From Azolla caroliniana (Eukaryota; Plantae; Polypodiophyta): a DNA stretch of 64,000 nt. A program made the position numbers and the translations under genes. The notes under the pieces are model-generated. The model had not been told where the DNA came from. It ran no database searches and saw only the letters and a list, made by a program, of their open reading frames with translations. The stretch covers positions 9,424,001 through 9,488,000 of the forward strand of contig JBHGNT010000007.1 in assembly GCA_043228905.1 (NCBI GenBank). Direction: 5' to 3'. Of this stretch, positions 11,774-22,644 are shown in pieces; position 1 is the stretch's first letter, and each line of letters starts with the position of its first letter.

Positions 11774-11810
11774 AATACGACATATTACCTGTTTCAAATG
11801 ACCCGGTGTT
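11774..11810 (-). repeat. Right terminal inverted repeat
   Basis: AATACGACATATTACCTGTTTCAAATGACCCGGTGTT, followed by GAAG. Confidence 0.92.
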
Positions 11811-12147
11811 GAAGGCGAAGGAAGAAGAAAAAGAGAGAAAGAACGTGGAAGCCAAAAAAGAAAAATAAGAAGAAAAATAAATTTAAAATAATAATAATAA
11901 TATAAATAAATAAAAAGAGAGCAAAAAAAGAGAAAGATAGGGGCATGCGACAAAATTCAAAAACTTGAGGGTACCAAATGAAATTTAAAAAATTTGAGGT
12001 ATAATACATAAATTTAAAAACTCATCAACCTGAAAGAAATGGACGTGATCGACTATGACAACTCACACAAAATTAAAGGAAGAACTCCACACAATGTGAT
12101 TTTGGACCCATGACGAAGTTCGTGAACCGACATAATAAGAATGTTCA

Positions 12148-12600
12148 TGTCAAGGAAGATTTGTTGACCGACGGAGATGTTTGGGTCAAGCGTTCCAATC
12201 AAAGGAGTCGGTCGATGAGAGGACCGATGGACGTTCCGATCGAATAGAGATGATGATCAAGGCCTGTGGGATTGACGTGCAAGGCACTGTCCCATGGGCG
12301 TGCCTAATGTGTTACCGTACGAGATATATGGAGAGTTGAGTGTGATGAGCAAGGGTGAAGAAACTTAATGTTGTTGTATGTATGTGTAATGTATATGCTG
12401 ATGAGTGTAAGTGTAATTGTGTGTGTGAGTAGATACATATGTGAGCACATGCACACGTGTGTGCATGTGGACAGATAAGATGAGGTGTGAGTAAGTGATT
12501 AATGTGAATGGCCAAGGGAGCTTGCACCCCTATGTATCTACCCCTCTTGTAACTATTTAACCCCCTTGTGGGGAATGAATGATGAGTGAACAAGTTCTCT
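12148..12600 (+). repeat. LTR-like fragment
   Basis: Starts TGTCAAGGAAGATT, similar to the LTR start TGTCATGGAGGATT at ~20263; TG-rich; adjoins Gypsy pol. Confidence 0.4.
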
Positions 12601-12629
12601 ATAAGGTGGAACGAGGTTCACCATCCCGT

Positions 12630-14415
12630 TTAGATCGAAGGTTTTGAGCGAGCAGCAATGAGGATACGCCTAGGTCAAGCGAGAACTATGGGGTATCATT
12701 TCGGTAGTAAAGGTCGACAAAGACTATCTAATCGGGATGGAGGTAATCATCGAGACAGACTGCCTCTCGATTCTCGGGATGGTATCCGGATGCGCAACCC
12801 TGAACTTGGCGATGCTCAAGTCGATCGCGTACCTCAAGTCCTTGAACCTAGAAGTCCAACCCATTTTTGGGAAAGACAATGCTATGGCCGATATGCTATC
12901 AAGAGCACGATTCGAAGGAGAAGACAACATGGTATCAGAGGACGAAGAAGTCGGCGTGGAATTCTTTGAATTGGCTCCATTTTCGGCAAACAACCGAAGC
13001 ACTCCGACCCTACACAAGTTCAACAAGAACGACTACGACGAGGAGTGGATTCTGATCGGGAGGTTCTTAAGCATGATGATGACGGAAGCGTCTTGGACAA
13101 AGGAAGAGGCTAGTCAGATCCGGAAGAAAGCATACAAATTCTTCCTATGAGATGGAGTAATATGGTGGTATCGAAGAGGCGAAACAGGACACCACTCTGA
13201 GTGGTGATGAAGAAGGAGGACTAGTTGGTGCTGCTAGCCGAATTTCACGAGAGTCCATGGTCCGGACATCGAGGAACATGGGCCACATTCGAGAAGCTCA
13301 AAGAGAAATACTGGTGGCCAGGAATGTATAATGACATGCAACACTTTGTGACTACGTGTGAAAGCTGCCAAGTACATTCGGGAATTCGACACCGCGACGA
13401 GCTACACCCAACCTACTCGCAAACCATTCACTTCAAGTGGATGGTCGACCTAGTGACGATGCCGATGGGAGTAGGACAAATGAGGTACCTGGTGCTTGCA
13501 AGGGAGGATCTGATGAACCGGGTGGAAGGATGAGCTTTGACTAAGAAGACGACCGCGACCGTATGTCGGTTCCTACTCAAGGACGTGATCTACTAGTACA
13601 GGTGTGTGGGGAAGGTAGTGGCCCACCGAGGGAAGCTAGACATGCATGAAGTTGAGGAGTTGTTCGACTGACTAAGGGTCAAGCTCTCCCTCACAACGAC
13701 ATACAATCCGGAGGCAAACGGGAAGGTCAGGAGTGAGCATGGTCCAATCGTGAAGGCAATCATTAGGGCTTGCGACGGACGAGTCGAGAATTGGCCGCGA
13801 CTCTTGTCATATGTGTTGTGGGCAGACTGAACTACGCACAGCTCGGTAACGGGGTACATGACGGTCGAGTTCATGTTTAGGCAGAAGACGATCATGCCGA
13901 TAGAGAGGTTGATCACTTCGTGGATGGCAATCGACTAGACGGATGAAATGAGTTAGGAGGAGTTGCTAGTCGTGCGGATTCAACAACTTCAGAGGCGGCC
14001 AGAGGACGTGGAGCGAGCATGGGCAAAGGTAAAGCAAGCACAGATGAAGAACAAGGAGTGGTTCGACCGGATGCATCGACTACGATCGAGGAAGATCGAT
14101 GAAGGCGGTTGGGTGTTGGTCTACGATAGTAGCCTCGACAACCAACACCAGTCGACTCGTAAGTTTGCAAGATGGTGGTTCAGGCTATATGTGGTGACCA
14201 ACGCCAATGACAATGCGACGTACCACCTTGCAGAGATTGACTTGATGAGGATGGTTGTGCTGATTGTGGGGAAGTGGATCAAGGCCTTCAAGAAGTGACA
14301 CGAGGTGAAACCGAACCTGGAGGTTGAGGATGAGGATACCGACGAGGACAAGGAGCCGGATGAGGATCAGATTGTTGACGAATCGAAGGCGGACGAGTAA
14401 AGGCCAGTCGAAGTC
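12630..14415 (+). mobile_element. Ty3/Gypsy pol fragment (RNase H end, integrase), degraded; resumes at 20207 and ends in an LTR at ~20263-25118
   Basis: VIIETDCL...ADMLSR, HESPWSGHRG...CESCQ zinc finger, WMVDLV and YNPEANG integrase core; several stops. Confidence 0.8.
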
Positions 14416-17400
14416 TGTTGGGAGACAGGTCCCTCCGGATGGGAAGAGAGAAGAACAGAACCAGATGAGGAGTACCTGGCTACGGAGAGCCGGATGGTGC
14501 AGACCCGGTGAGATCCGGATGAGGAGTACCCGGCTACGGACATCCTGATGGTGCAGACCCGGTGAGATCCGGATGAGGAGTACCCGGCTACGGAGAGCCG
14601 GATGGTGCAGACCCGGTGAGATCCGGATGAGGAGTACCCGGCTATGGAGAGCCTGATGGTGCAGACTCGGTGACATCTGGATGAGGAGTACCCGGCTACG
14701 GAGAGCCGGATGGTGCAGACCCGGTGAGAAGCGGATGAGAAGTACCCGGCTACGGAGAGCCGAATGGTGCTGACCCGGTGAGGAATGCTCACCGGACGAA
14801 GAGACATATTCGTAAATATGTTTCTGAGAGCCCATCGAGGCTATATTTGTAAATAGCCGAAAAGTCATATTAGTATAAATATGACTTAGGGCAAACTTAT
14901 AGAAAATGGTTGTTGTCATTTTTCTTGTTGGTGCAAGAAGAAGAGAGAGCATGTAACAGTGTACAGAGAGAGAGAGAGAGAGAAAGAGGTCGCCGCCTCT
15001 GTTGTAACCGCCGCCTGTGGCGAAGATCGTGAGCACAAGGTCGTTGCCTTCGTGAACTCACTGTTTGTACATTCCCACATAGTGATAGTTTGCAGCCTGT
15101 GGGCTGCCGTGGTTTTTCCCTTAGTTTGGGTTTTCCAAGTAAACATCCTGTGCACCTTTTCTCTCCTTTGTGTCATGTTTTTTTTCCGTTTCCTGTTTTC
15201 TGTGTATGATTCTAAGCTCGGTTGTGGCCGAGCATTGTGCATAAAGAGTGTTGAGTTCCCGTCAAGTGGTATCAGAGCGAAACGACACAGAAAATGGACG
15301 ATTCGTTGGGAGGCATGTTCAAGCTCACATGCTCCAACTATTCGGTGTGGAAGTCGAAGATGAGGGACATGCTCGTGGTTAAAGACCTCTGGCTGCCGGT
15401 TCAGTTCGGGGACAAGAGACCAGACAAAATCGACGCCGCGATATGGGAGGTGATGCACATGAAGACAACGGCGTACATACGGTGTTTCATCCACATGAGC
15501 CTGTACAACAACTTCAATGAAGAGAGCAAGGCTCATGAGCTCTGGGAGAAGATCGACATAATGTTCCAAAACAAAAATGTTGTTAATCAGGTTTCGGTAT
15601 TCCGGAAGCTAGTAAGACTCCGGTACCAAGATGGCTCCAGCATGGCGGAGCACATGAATGCCATCTAGGGGCTGATCCACCAGGCAACATCATTGGAGGT
15701 ACCTCTCGCCGATGAGGTACTAGCACTACTCCTGCTCGGGTCCCTCCCAGATAGCTGGGAGACGTTGGTTGTCACCTTGGGCAACGCCGGGCCGGAAGGG
15801 AAACGGTTATCCCTAGCAAGAGTAAAGTCAAGCTTGCTAGATGAGGAGGCGCGTCGGAAAGATAAAGATACGAGCTCCGACTCCAACACGGTCCTTACCA
15901 AATTGGAACGCGGAAGACATAGAAACCGTAGTCCCTAGAACCGGGAGAAGTCGGGGACACGGTCAAAGTCAAGGGGGAGGCCCACTTGCTTCTATTGTGG
16001 TAAGCCGGGACACTTCCAAAAGAACTGTCGGCATTTCCGAAAAGATAAGGAGACCGACGGTACCGATTCGAAGCGGACCCCGGACCGGAACGGTAAAGAC
16101 CGGAGGGGGCCGGACCGGAAGGGAACGACGGCAATCGCGGCAAGTGAAGAGGAGTTGATGCTTATCACCGAGGAGAGTGAGATAAACCTTGCTGACGACG
16201 AGATGACCTGGGTGGTAGACTCCGGAGCGTCGTTCCACCTTACCCCGGACCGGAAATGCTTCTAATCCTACTCAGCCGGTGATCACGGCTGTGTCCGGAT
16301 GGGGAATGAAGGTACATGCCGAATTGTCGGCATAGGAGACGTGTGGCTGTCGACACCAACCGGATGCAAGTTGCTGCTGAGGTATGTCCGACACGTTTTG
16401 GAGGTTCGACTGAACCTAATATCAGCCGGTCGGGTAGATGATGAGGGCTACACGGGTAGCATCCGGAACGGTGTCATGAAGTTTAGCAAAGGGAGCCTGA
16501 TTGTGGCTCGGGCCCGGAAGGTAAACACATTGTACCTGATGAATGCCCGGTTATGCCCGGAAGAAGTGAACGTGGCATCTGACACTGCCGGTGAGCTGTG
16601 GCACAAGAGGCTGTGTCATATGAGCGAGAAGGGGATGAAGAGGCTTGCAGTCGACAACCTCATTCCAGTGAAGAACGTGCACTTGGAGAAGTGCATTGAT
16701 TGTCTGGCCGGTAAGTAAAACCGGACCTCCTTCCGACCAAGGCCACTGATGAGACGTAATGCACCACTGGAGTTGGTGCATACGGATTTGTGTCAAGTAG
16801 ACACGAAGTCACATGCCGGAGCGCAGTACTTCGTGACTATCATAGATGACCACAACCGGAAGCTGTGGGCCACACCGCTGAAGACGAAGGATCAGGTGCT
16901 ATCCGTCTTCAAAGAGCTCCACACGAGAGTGGAAAGAGAAACTGGCTGGAAGCTGAAGGCGGTTTGAGCAGATAACGGAGGAGAATACCGGGGATAGTTC
17001 AAGGAGTACTGACACTCGAAGGGAATCCGGCTCAAATTTACCGTGCTGAAGACAGCGGAACTAAACGGGCTAGCCGAGAGGATGAACCAGACCATAATGG
17101 AGAGAGTTCAGAGTATGCTGGCGCATGCAAAATTACCCAAGAAGTTTTGGGCTGAGGCATTGTCGACGACGACATACATGATAAACAGATCACCCTCAAT
17201 ACCCTTGGACGGAGACACGCCACAGAGAGTATGGACCAGTAAGGAAGTGTCCTACCCGCATCTGAAGGTGTTCGGGTGTCTCGCGTACGTGCATGTAGCT
17301 AAGGACCGGAAAGGAAAGTTAGATCCAAAGACCCGACCGTGCATATTCCTCGGTTATGGTGACGATGAGTTCGGCTACTGAGTGTGGGACCTGCTCGACA

Positions 17401-20201
17401 AGAAGGTATTCCGGAGTCGAGATATTATCTTCATGGAGGACAAGACGCTCGCCGACTGGGAGTCGGAGAAGAAGATAATGAACTCCGAGTCGACCGGTAA
17501 GGATAGACTCTACGATAAGCAGACCCAACCGGCAATAGACCGGTTAACACTCGAGGGACCAGCCGGTTACGGTGAGGATACCGAATAGGCTGAAGAAGAA
17601 GTAGTGGAAGCTAAAACCGGAACCGGCCAAGACCCCGAATCGGATACATATGAAGAGCAAGTGGAGGAGCCTGTTACCGAAGCCCGAAGCCGGATTTATC
17701 CTCTTTGAGAGAGAAGGGCCCCCCGGAGATTTCCGGATGCAGAGCATGTTCTGCTGACCGATGAGGGGGAGCCGGAAAGCTTCGAAGAAGCGAAGGAAGA
17801 CACCCACAACCGAAAATGGTTAAGTGCCATGCAGGATGAGATGGATTCCCTGCATGAGAACCATACGTACGAATTGGTGGAGTTGCCGAAAGGAAAGCGG
17901 GCACTCCGAAACAAGTGGGTGTACAAGTTGAAACCGGGAGATGCCGACAACCCCCCGAGATACAAAGCCAGGATCGTGGTGAAGGGGTTCCAGCAGAAGA
18001 AGGGCGTGGACTTCGACGAGATATTTGCCCCGGTTGTAAAGATGACTTCGATCCGGACGGTGCTGAGTATGGCGGCAAGCATGGACCTTGAGGTAGAGCA
18101 GCTCGACGTGAAGACGACATTCCTTCACGGCGACCTCGAAGAGGAGATCTATATGCAGCAACTAGAGGGATTTGTGGAGAAAGGGAAGGAGCACCTGGTA
18201 TGCCGGCTGAAGAAGAGCTTGTACGGACTAAAGTAGGCTCCCCCGACAATGGTACTGGAAGTTCGATTCCTTCATGACCGATCAAGGGTACCACAAGACG
18301 CAGGCCGATCACTGCGTGTTTGTGAAGAAGTTCGAAGGAGGCGACTTCTTGATACTCCTTCTGTACGTGGATGACAGTTTGATCGTCGGACGTGACCAAG
18401 TCAAAATACGGATGCTGAAGAAGGCTCTCAACTAGACCTTCTCAATGAAAGACTTGGGTTCGGCAAGACAGATGCTGGGGATGCACATCATTCGGGACCG
18501 GTCAACGAAGCAATTATGGCTGTCACAGGAGAACTACGTGACAAAGGTGCTTCACCGGTTCAACATGTCAGATGCGAAACCGGTCGGATCGACACTTCCG
18601 GCAAACTGCAAGCTATCCGGTAAGCAAAGCCTGAAGATGAAAGCAGAGAAGGTGGATATGATGAAGGTGCCATATGCCTCTGCCGTCGGGAGCTTGATGT
18701 ACGCAATGGTTTGTACCCGACCGGACATAGGATACGCAGTCGGAGTGGTGAGCCGGTTTATGAGCAATCCCGGCAAGGAGTATTGGAACGCGGTCAAATG
18801 GATACTCTGGTATTTGAAGGGCACTTCAAATATGTGTCTCCGATTCGGCTCCGGAAAACCTCAACTGGACGGTTTCACCGATTCGGACATGTCGGCTGAT
18901 GTGGATACCAGCCGGTCTACATCCAGGTATGTAATGACATATGCAGGGGGAACTGTTTCGTGGCAGTCAAGGCTGCAGAAGACGGTTGCGTTGTCAACCA
19001 CAGAGGCGGAGTACATGGCGGCTGTGGAAGCCGGCAAGGAAATCTTATGGATGAAGGACTTCATCGGAGAGCTCGGTATCCGGCAAGATGAATATCGGCT
19101 CTATTGCGACAGTCAAAGTGCCATCCACCTTGCTAAGAATGCGGCCTACCATTCCCAGACGAAGCATATCCAACGAAGATATCACTGGATCCGGGAAAGA
19201 GTAGATGACGAGGAGTTCGCACTGTCGAAGATCCACACTGTCGAGAACGGGTTAGATATGTTGACCAAAGTTCTGATACCCGACAAGCTGGATGCATGCC
19301 GGAAGTGGATCGGACTGGTAAGACACCGCATGCCGGAGTGAAGGGGGAGGTTCTTGGGAGACAGGTCCCTCCGGATGGGAAGAGAGAAGAACAGAACCGG
19401 ATGAGGAGTACCCGGCTACGGAGAGCCGGATGGTGCAGACCCGGTGAGATCCGGATGAGGAGTACCCGGCTACGGAGAGCCTGATGGTGCAGACTCGGTG
19501 AGATCCGAATGAGGAGTACTCGGCTACGGAGAGCCGGATGGTGCAGACCCGGTGAGATCCGGATGAGGAGTACCCGGCTACGGAGAGCCTGATGGTGCAG
19601 ACCTAGTGAGATAAGGATGAGGAGTACCTGGCTACGGAGAGCCGGATGGTGCAGACCCGGTGAGAACCGGATGAGAAGTACCCGGCTATGGAGAGCCGGA
19701 TGGTGAAGACCCGGTGAGGAATGCTCACCGGACGAAGAGACATATTCGTAAATATGTTTCTGAGAGCCCATCGAGGCTATATTTGTAAATAGCCGAAAAG
19801 TCATATTAGTATAAATATGACTTAGGGCAAACTTATAGAAAATGGTTGTTGTCATTTTTCTTGTTGGTGCAAGAAGAAGAGAGAGCATGTAACAGTGTAC
19901 AGAGAGAGAGAGAGAGAGAAAGAGGTCGCCGCCTCTGGTTTAACCGCCGCCTGTGGCGAAGATCGTGAGCACGAGGTCGTTGCCTCCGTGAACTCACTGT
20001 TTGTACATTCCAACATAGTGATAGTTTGCAGCCTATGGGCTGCCATGGTTTTTCCCTTAGTTTGGGTTTTCCACGTAAACATCATGTGCACCTTTTCTCT
20101 CCTTTGTGTCGTGTTTTTTTTTTCGTTTCCTGTTTTTTGTGTATGATTCTAAGCTCGGTTGTGGCCGAGCGTTGTGCATAAGGAGCGTTGAGTTCTTGTC
20201 A
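14416..20201 (+). mobile_element. Full-length Ty1/Copia element with both LTRs, degraded
   Basis: LTRs 14416-15264 and 19352-20201; TSD AAGTC (14411-14415, 20202-20206); PBS TGGTATCAGAGC (15267-15278); PPT GAAGGGGGAG (~19340). gag-PR-INT-RT-RNase H order with several stops. Confidence 0.96.
14460..14790 (+). repeat. 54-bp CCGG-rich tandem repeat (about 6 units) in the Copia LTR; also in the 3' LTR and in the LTR at 37338
   Basis: Unit CCGGATGAGGAGTACCCGGCTACGGAGAGCCGGATGGTGCAGACCCGGTGAGAT. Confidence 0.9.
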
Positions 20202-21171
20202 AAGTCTCCACTGCTTCAACTATTTGGCACATACTGGAGGATGTGCGGTTTGGTGGGTGTGGATGTCATGGAGGATTCCGGCCACAAAAAGCAAACTCGT
20301 CGATCACGTGCACGGATGCACATGGAAAGGGGCCTAATGTACAAACAAATGTAAATATAAGGTATTAATAAGTACAATACATGAGTATTTAATAGGTACT
20401 TTAAGGATCCCATAAAAAGAGGGGAATAAAGTGTTTGATGGGAGGAAATCAAGGGGAGGATCTTTGTAGTCATAGAGCTGATGTAACTGACCCTCCTTGA
20501 GCTATAAAACGGGGAAGGAAGACTGTTTTAGGGATCCATCATTTTGGAGGGAGAAGTGTTGTCAATTTGAGGAGTCTATCAGTTTTATGCTCTCTGTGGA
20601 TTCGGATAGCTAGTGTCATAACTAGACTCGAACCCATAACCTTTTGTTACACGGGTCGAGACTTTACCATTAGGTTATGAATTGTAATTTGAAGGATATT
20701 ATTTTCATTTAGGTTTTATTGGGAAATTGATGTATATTCCAGATTTCTCTGGAACATTCTAGAAACTTCAGGAGTATTCCTGAAGACACTATAAAAGGAG
20801 GCGCAAGGCATTAGTTCGAACCAAATCGGTTCAACGCCAGTCTTAAGCCTTCTAACTACTGTTGTATATCTTCCTTCATATAATACATATATCTTTCGCA
20901 TCATCATTCTCTCTCTCTCTCTCTCTCTCTCTCACTCACTCATTCCTTCTCTCAAAGTTCGACACCTCTCATAGTACTAATCCTTCTCTGTCTTAGTACT
21001 ATTCCCCAACAATAGTACTAATCCTTCTTTTAGTACTAATTCCTTCTCTGCCTTAATAGAGTTCCTGACAGTTTGAACCGATTTTTGGGTGCCTGTCTGG
21101 TCTTTTCTCTCCCTCTTCCTTCTGTCTCCCTCCTTTCCTACTAGTCTCTTATTTCCCTTTTCCTTCATCCC

Positions 21172-22341
21172 ATGGCCACCGTTAGCGCTGAAGAGTATCA
21201 ATCCGTTTTCTCGGAATTTCAATGCTTGAAAGAGAAGTTTCATGCTTTGGAACAAGAAAATCAACGCTTGTTGGGGGATCTTCAGCAAATTTCCTTAGAA
21301 AAGCAGCAAACGCAACAACAGCATGGGGAACTTGCGTTACGCGTGCAACAACTCGAAGCAACCATCGTAGCAATGCAACAACAAGGGCACGGAGCACAAG
21401 GGATTCATAAAGAACCCAAGATTGGCCTTCCCACGAAGTTCGATGGAACGCGATCGCAGTTTAGAGGGTTTCTTAACCAGGTACGGTTAGTTATTCAAAT
21501 GCATCCGTCCCGATATCCCACCGATGCATCACGAGTGGGTTTAGTAGGCACGTTGTTAAATGGCTCAGCATTAGCATGGTTCGCTCCGCTACTAGAAAAG
21601 GAATCTCCAGTACTAAATAATTTTGAAGAATTCATAAGTGAGTTTAAAGCATGTTTTGGAGATACTGACAGCATAAGGACTGCAATCAACAAAATCCGGC
21701 GATTATGCCAAGGTGACCGTCCAGCCTCTGCATATGCTGCAGATTTCCGCCTACTCGCCGCCGATATCCCCTGGGATGATCAAGCATTGATGGAGCAGTT
21801 CCGCTATGGTCTACGCAATGATGTCAAGGATTTACTCTTGACCTTCCCTGAAGAGCCAAAATCATTAACAGAAGCAATCAGTCGAGCGGTCAGATGTGAC
21901 AACCGCCTCTTCGAGCGACGTTCGGAACGACAATTTCAGATGCCGAGGGCAAGATCCGAGCCTACCTATGCCTCAGTGGTAGCGAAACCTTTTCAAAGGG
22001 AGTCACATAATGCGCCTCCAGTAAGTACTCCAACTCCAATGGAAATTGACACTACACGTCGTCGTGGGCCGCTATCGGAGGAGGAAAAGCAACGACGCCG
22101 AACAAACCGATTATGCCTTTATTGCGGTGGACCAGGGCATATCGCGATAAACTGTCCCCATAGACCAAGAAGGCAGGTAAACCAAGTCGTTGTTAGTTCT
22201 GACTATACTAAACCCGAGTCTATTTCAGTAGGAATCTCTGATAGTCCTCATAGTCATAATAGTCCTAATAGTACTAATAGTCCGAATCTCGCAAACAAAT
22301 TTGATGTCCTTAGCCAATTAGAAGAAGAGTTAAACGACTAA
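21172..22341 (+). CDS. Chromovirus gag (retrotrans_gag plus CCHC knuckle)
   Basis: Intact 389-aa ORF with PTKFDGTR, PTPMEID and CLYCGGPGHIAINC. Confidence 0.93.
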   Translation: MATVSAEEYQSVFSEFQCLKEKFHALEQENQRLLGDLQQISLEKQQTQQQHGELALRVQQLEATIVAMQQQGHGAQGIHKEPKIGLPTKFDGTRSQFRGFLNQVRLVIQMHPSRYPTDASRVGLVGTLLNGSALAWFAPLLEKESPVLNNFEEFISEFKACFGDTDSIRTAINKIRRLCQGDRPASAYAADFRLLAADIPWDDQALMEQFRYGLRNDVKDLLLTFPEEPKSLTEAISRAVRCDNRLFERRSERQFQMPRARSEPTYASVVAKPFQRESHNAPPVSTPTPMEIDTTRRRGPLSEEEKQRRRTNRLCLYCGGPGHIAINCPHRPRRQVNQVVVSSDYTKPESISVGISDSPHSHNSPNSTNSPNLANKFDVLSQLEEELND

Positions 22342-22644
22342 GTCCAGCCAAAATAGGAGCCGTTTGGTTGGACAGCCCTAGATCTGTGCAGCCCATTAGT
22401 GGTTCCATTCCCTCTAAGCAAGTTAGTGATGTGTTCGTAGCCCAAGTAGCAGTTAGTACTAAAAGTACCCCTCCAGCACATACCTTAGCCCTTCTAGATT
22501 CCGGAGCTAATTCTTGCTTCATGGATAGGAATTTTGCCCGAGCTCATCAGATATCTCTCAGAAAGCTCCCATGTCCAGCCTCAGTAGTAGTCATTGATGG
22601 TCGTCCCATTGCTTCTGGTAATATCATAGAAGAGTCGGAACCTG

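Larger units (their letters stand above)
4230..11810. mobile_element. TIR DNA transposon (7581 bp; DUF7869/Sola-like transposase) carrying a ParB-like/DNA amino-methyltransferase gene
   Basis: 37-bp TIRs at 4230-4266 and 11774-11810 (35/37 match), GAAG on both flanks (4226-4229, 11811-11814), and two divergent internal genes. Confidence 0.85.

Noticed and set aside
14460-14790. Regular repeats resembling a CRISPR array
   Set aside because: Head-to-tail 54-bp units without unique spacers, inside LTRs of a eukaryotic retrotransposon; no cas genes.
14185-15036. 283-aa minus-strand ORF, and similar ORFs at 19133-19888 and 37248-37595
   Set aside because: Artefacts of a stop-free 54-bp LTR repeat whose length is a multiple of 3.
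15666-15668. Programmed stop-codon readthrough in Copia gag
   Set aside because: The stop lies mid-gag, not at a gag-pol boundary, and is simply explained by CAG-to-TAG deamination; kept only as a shared-tract observation.
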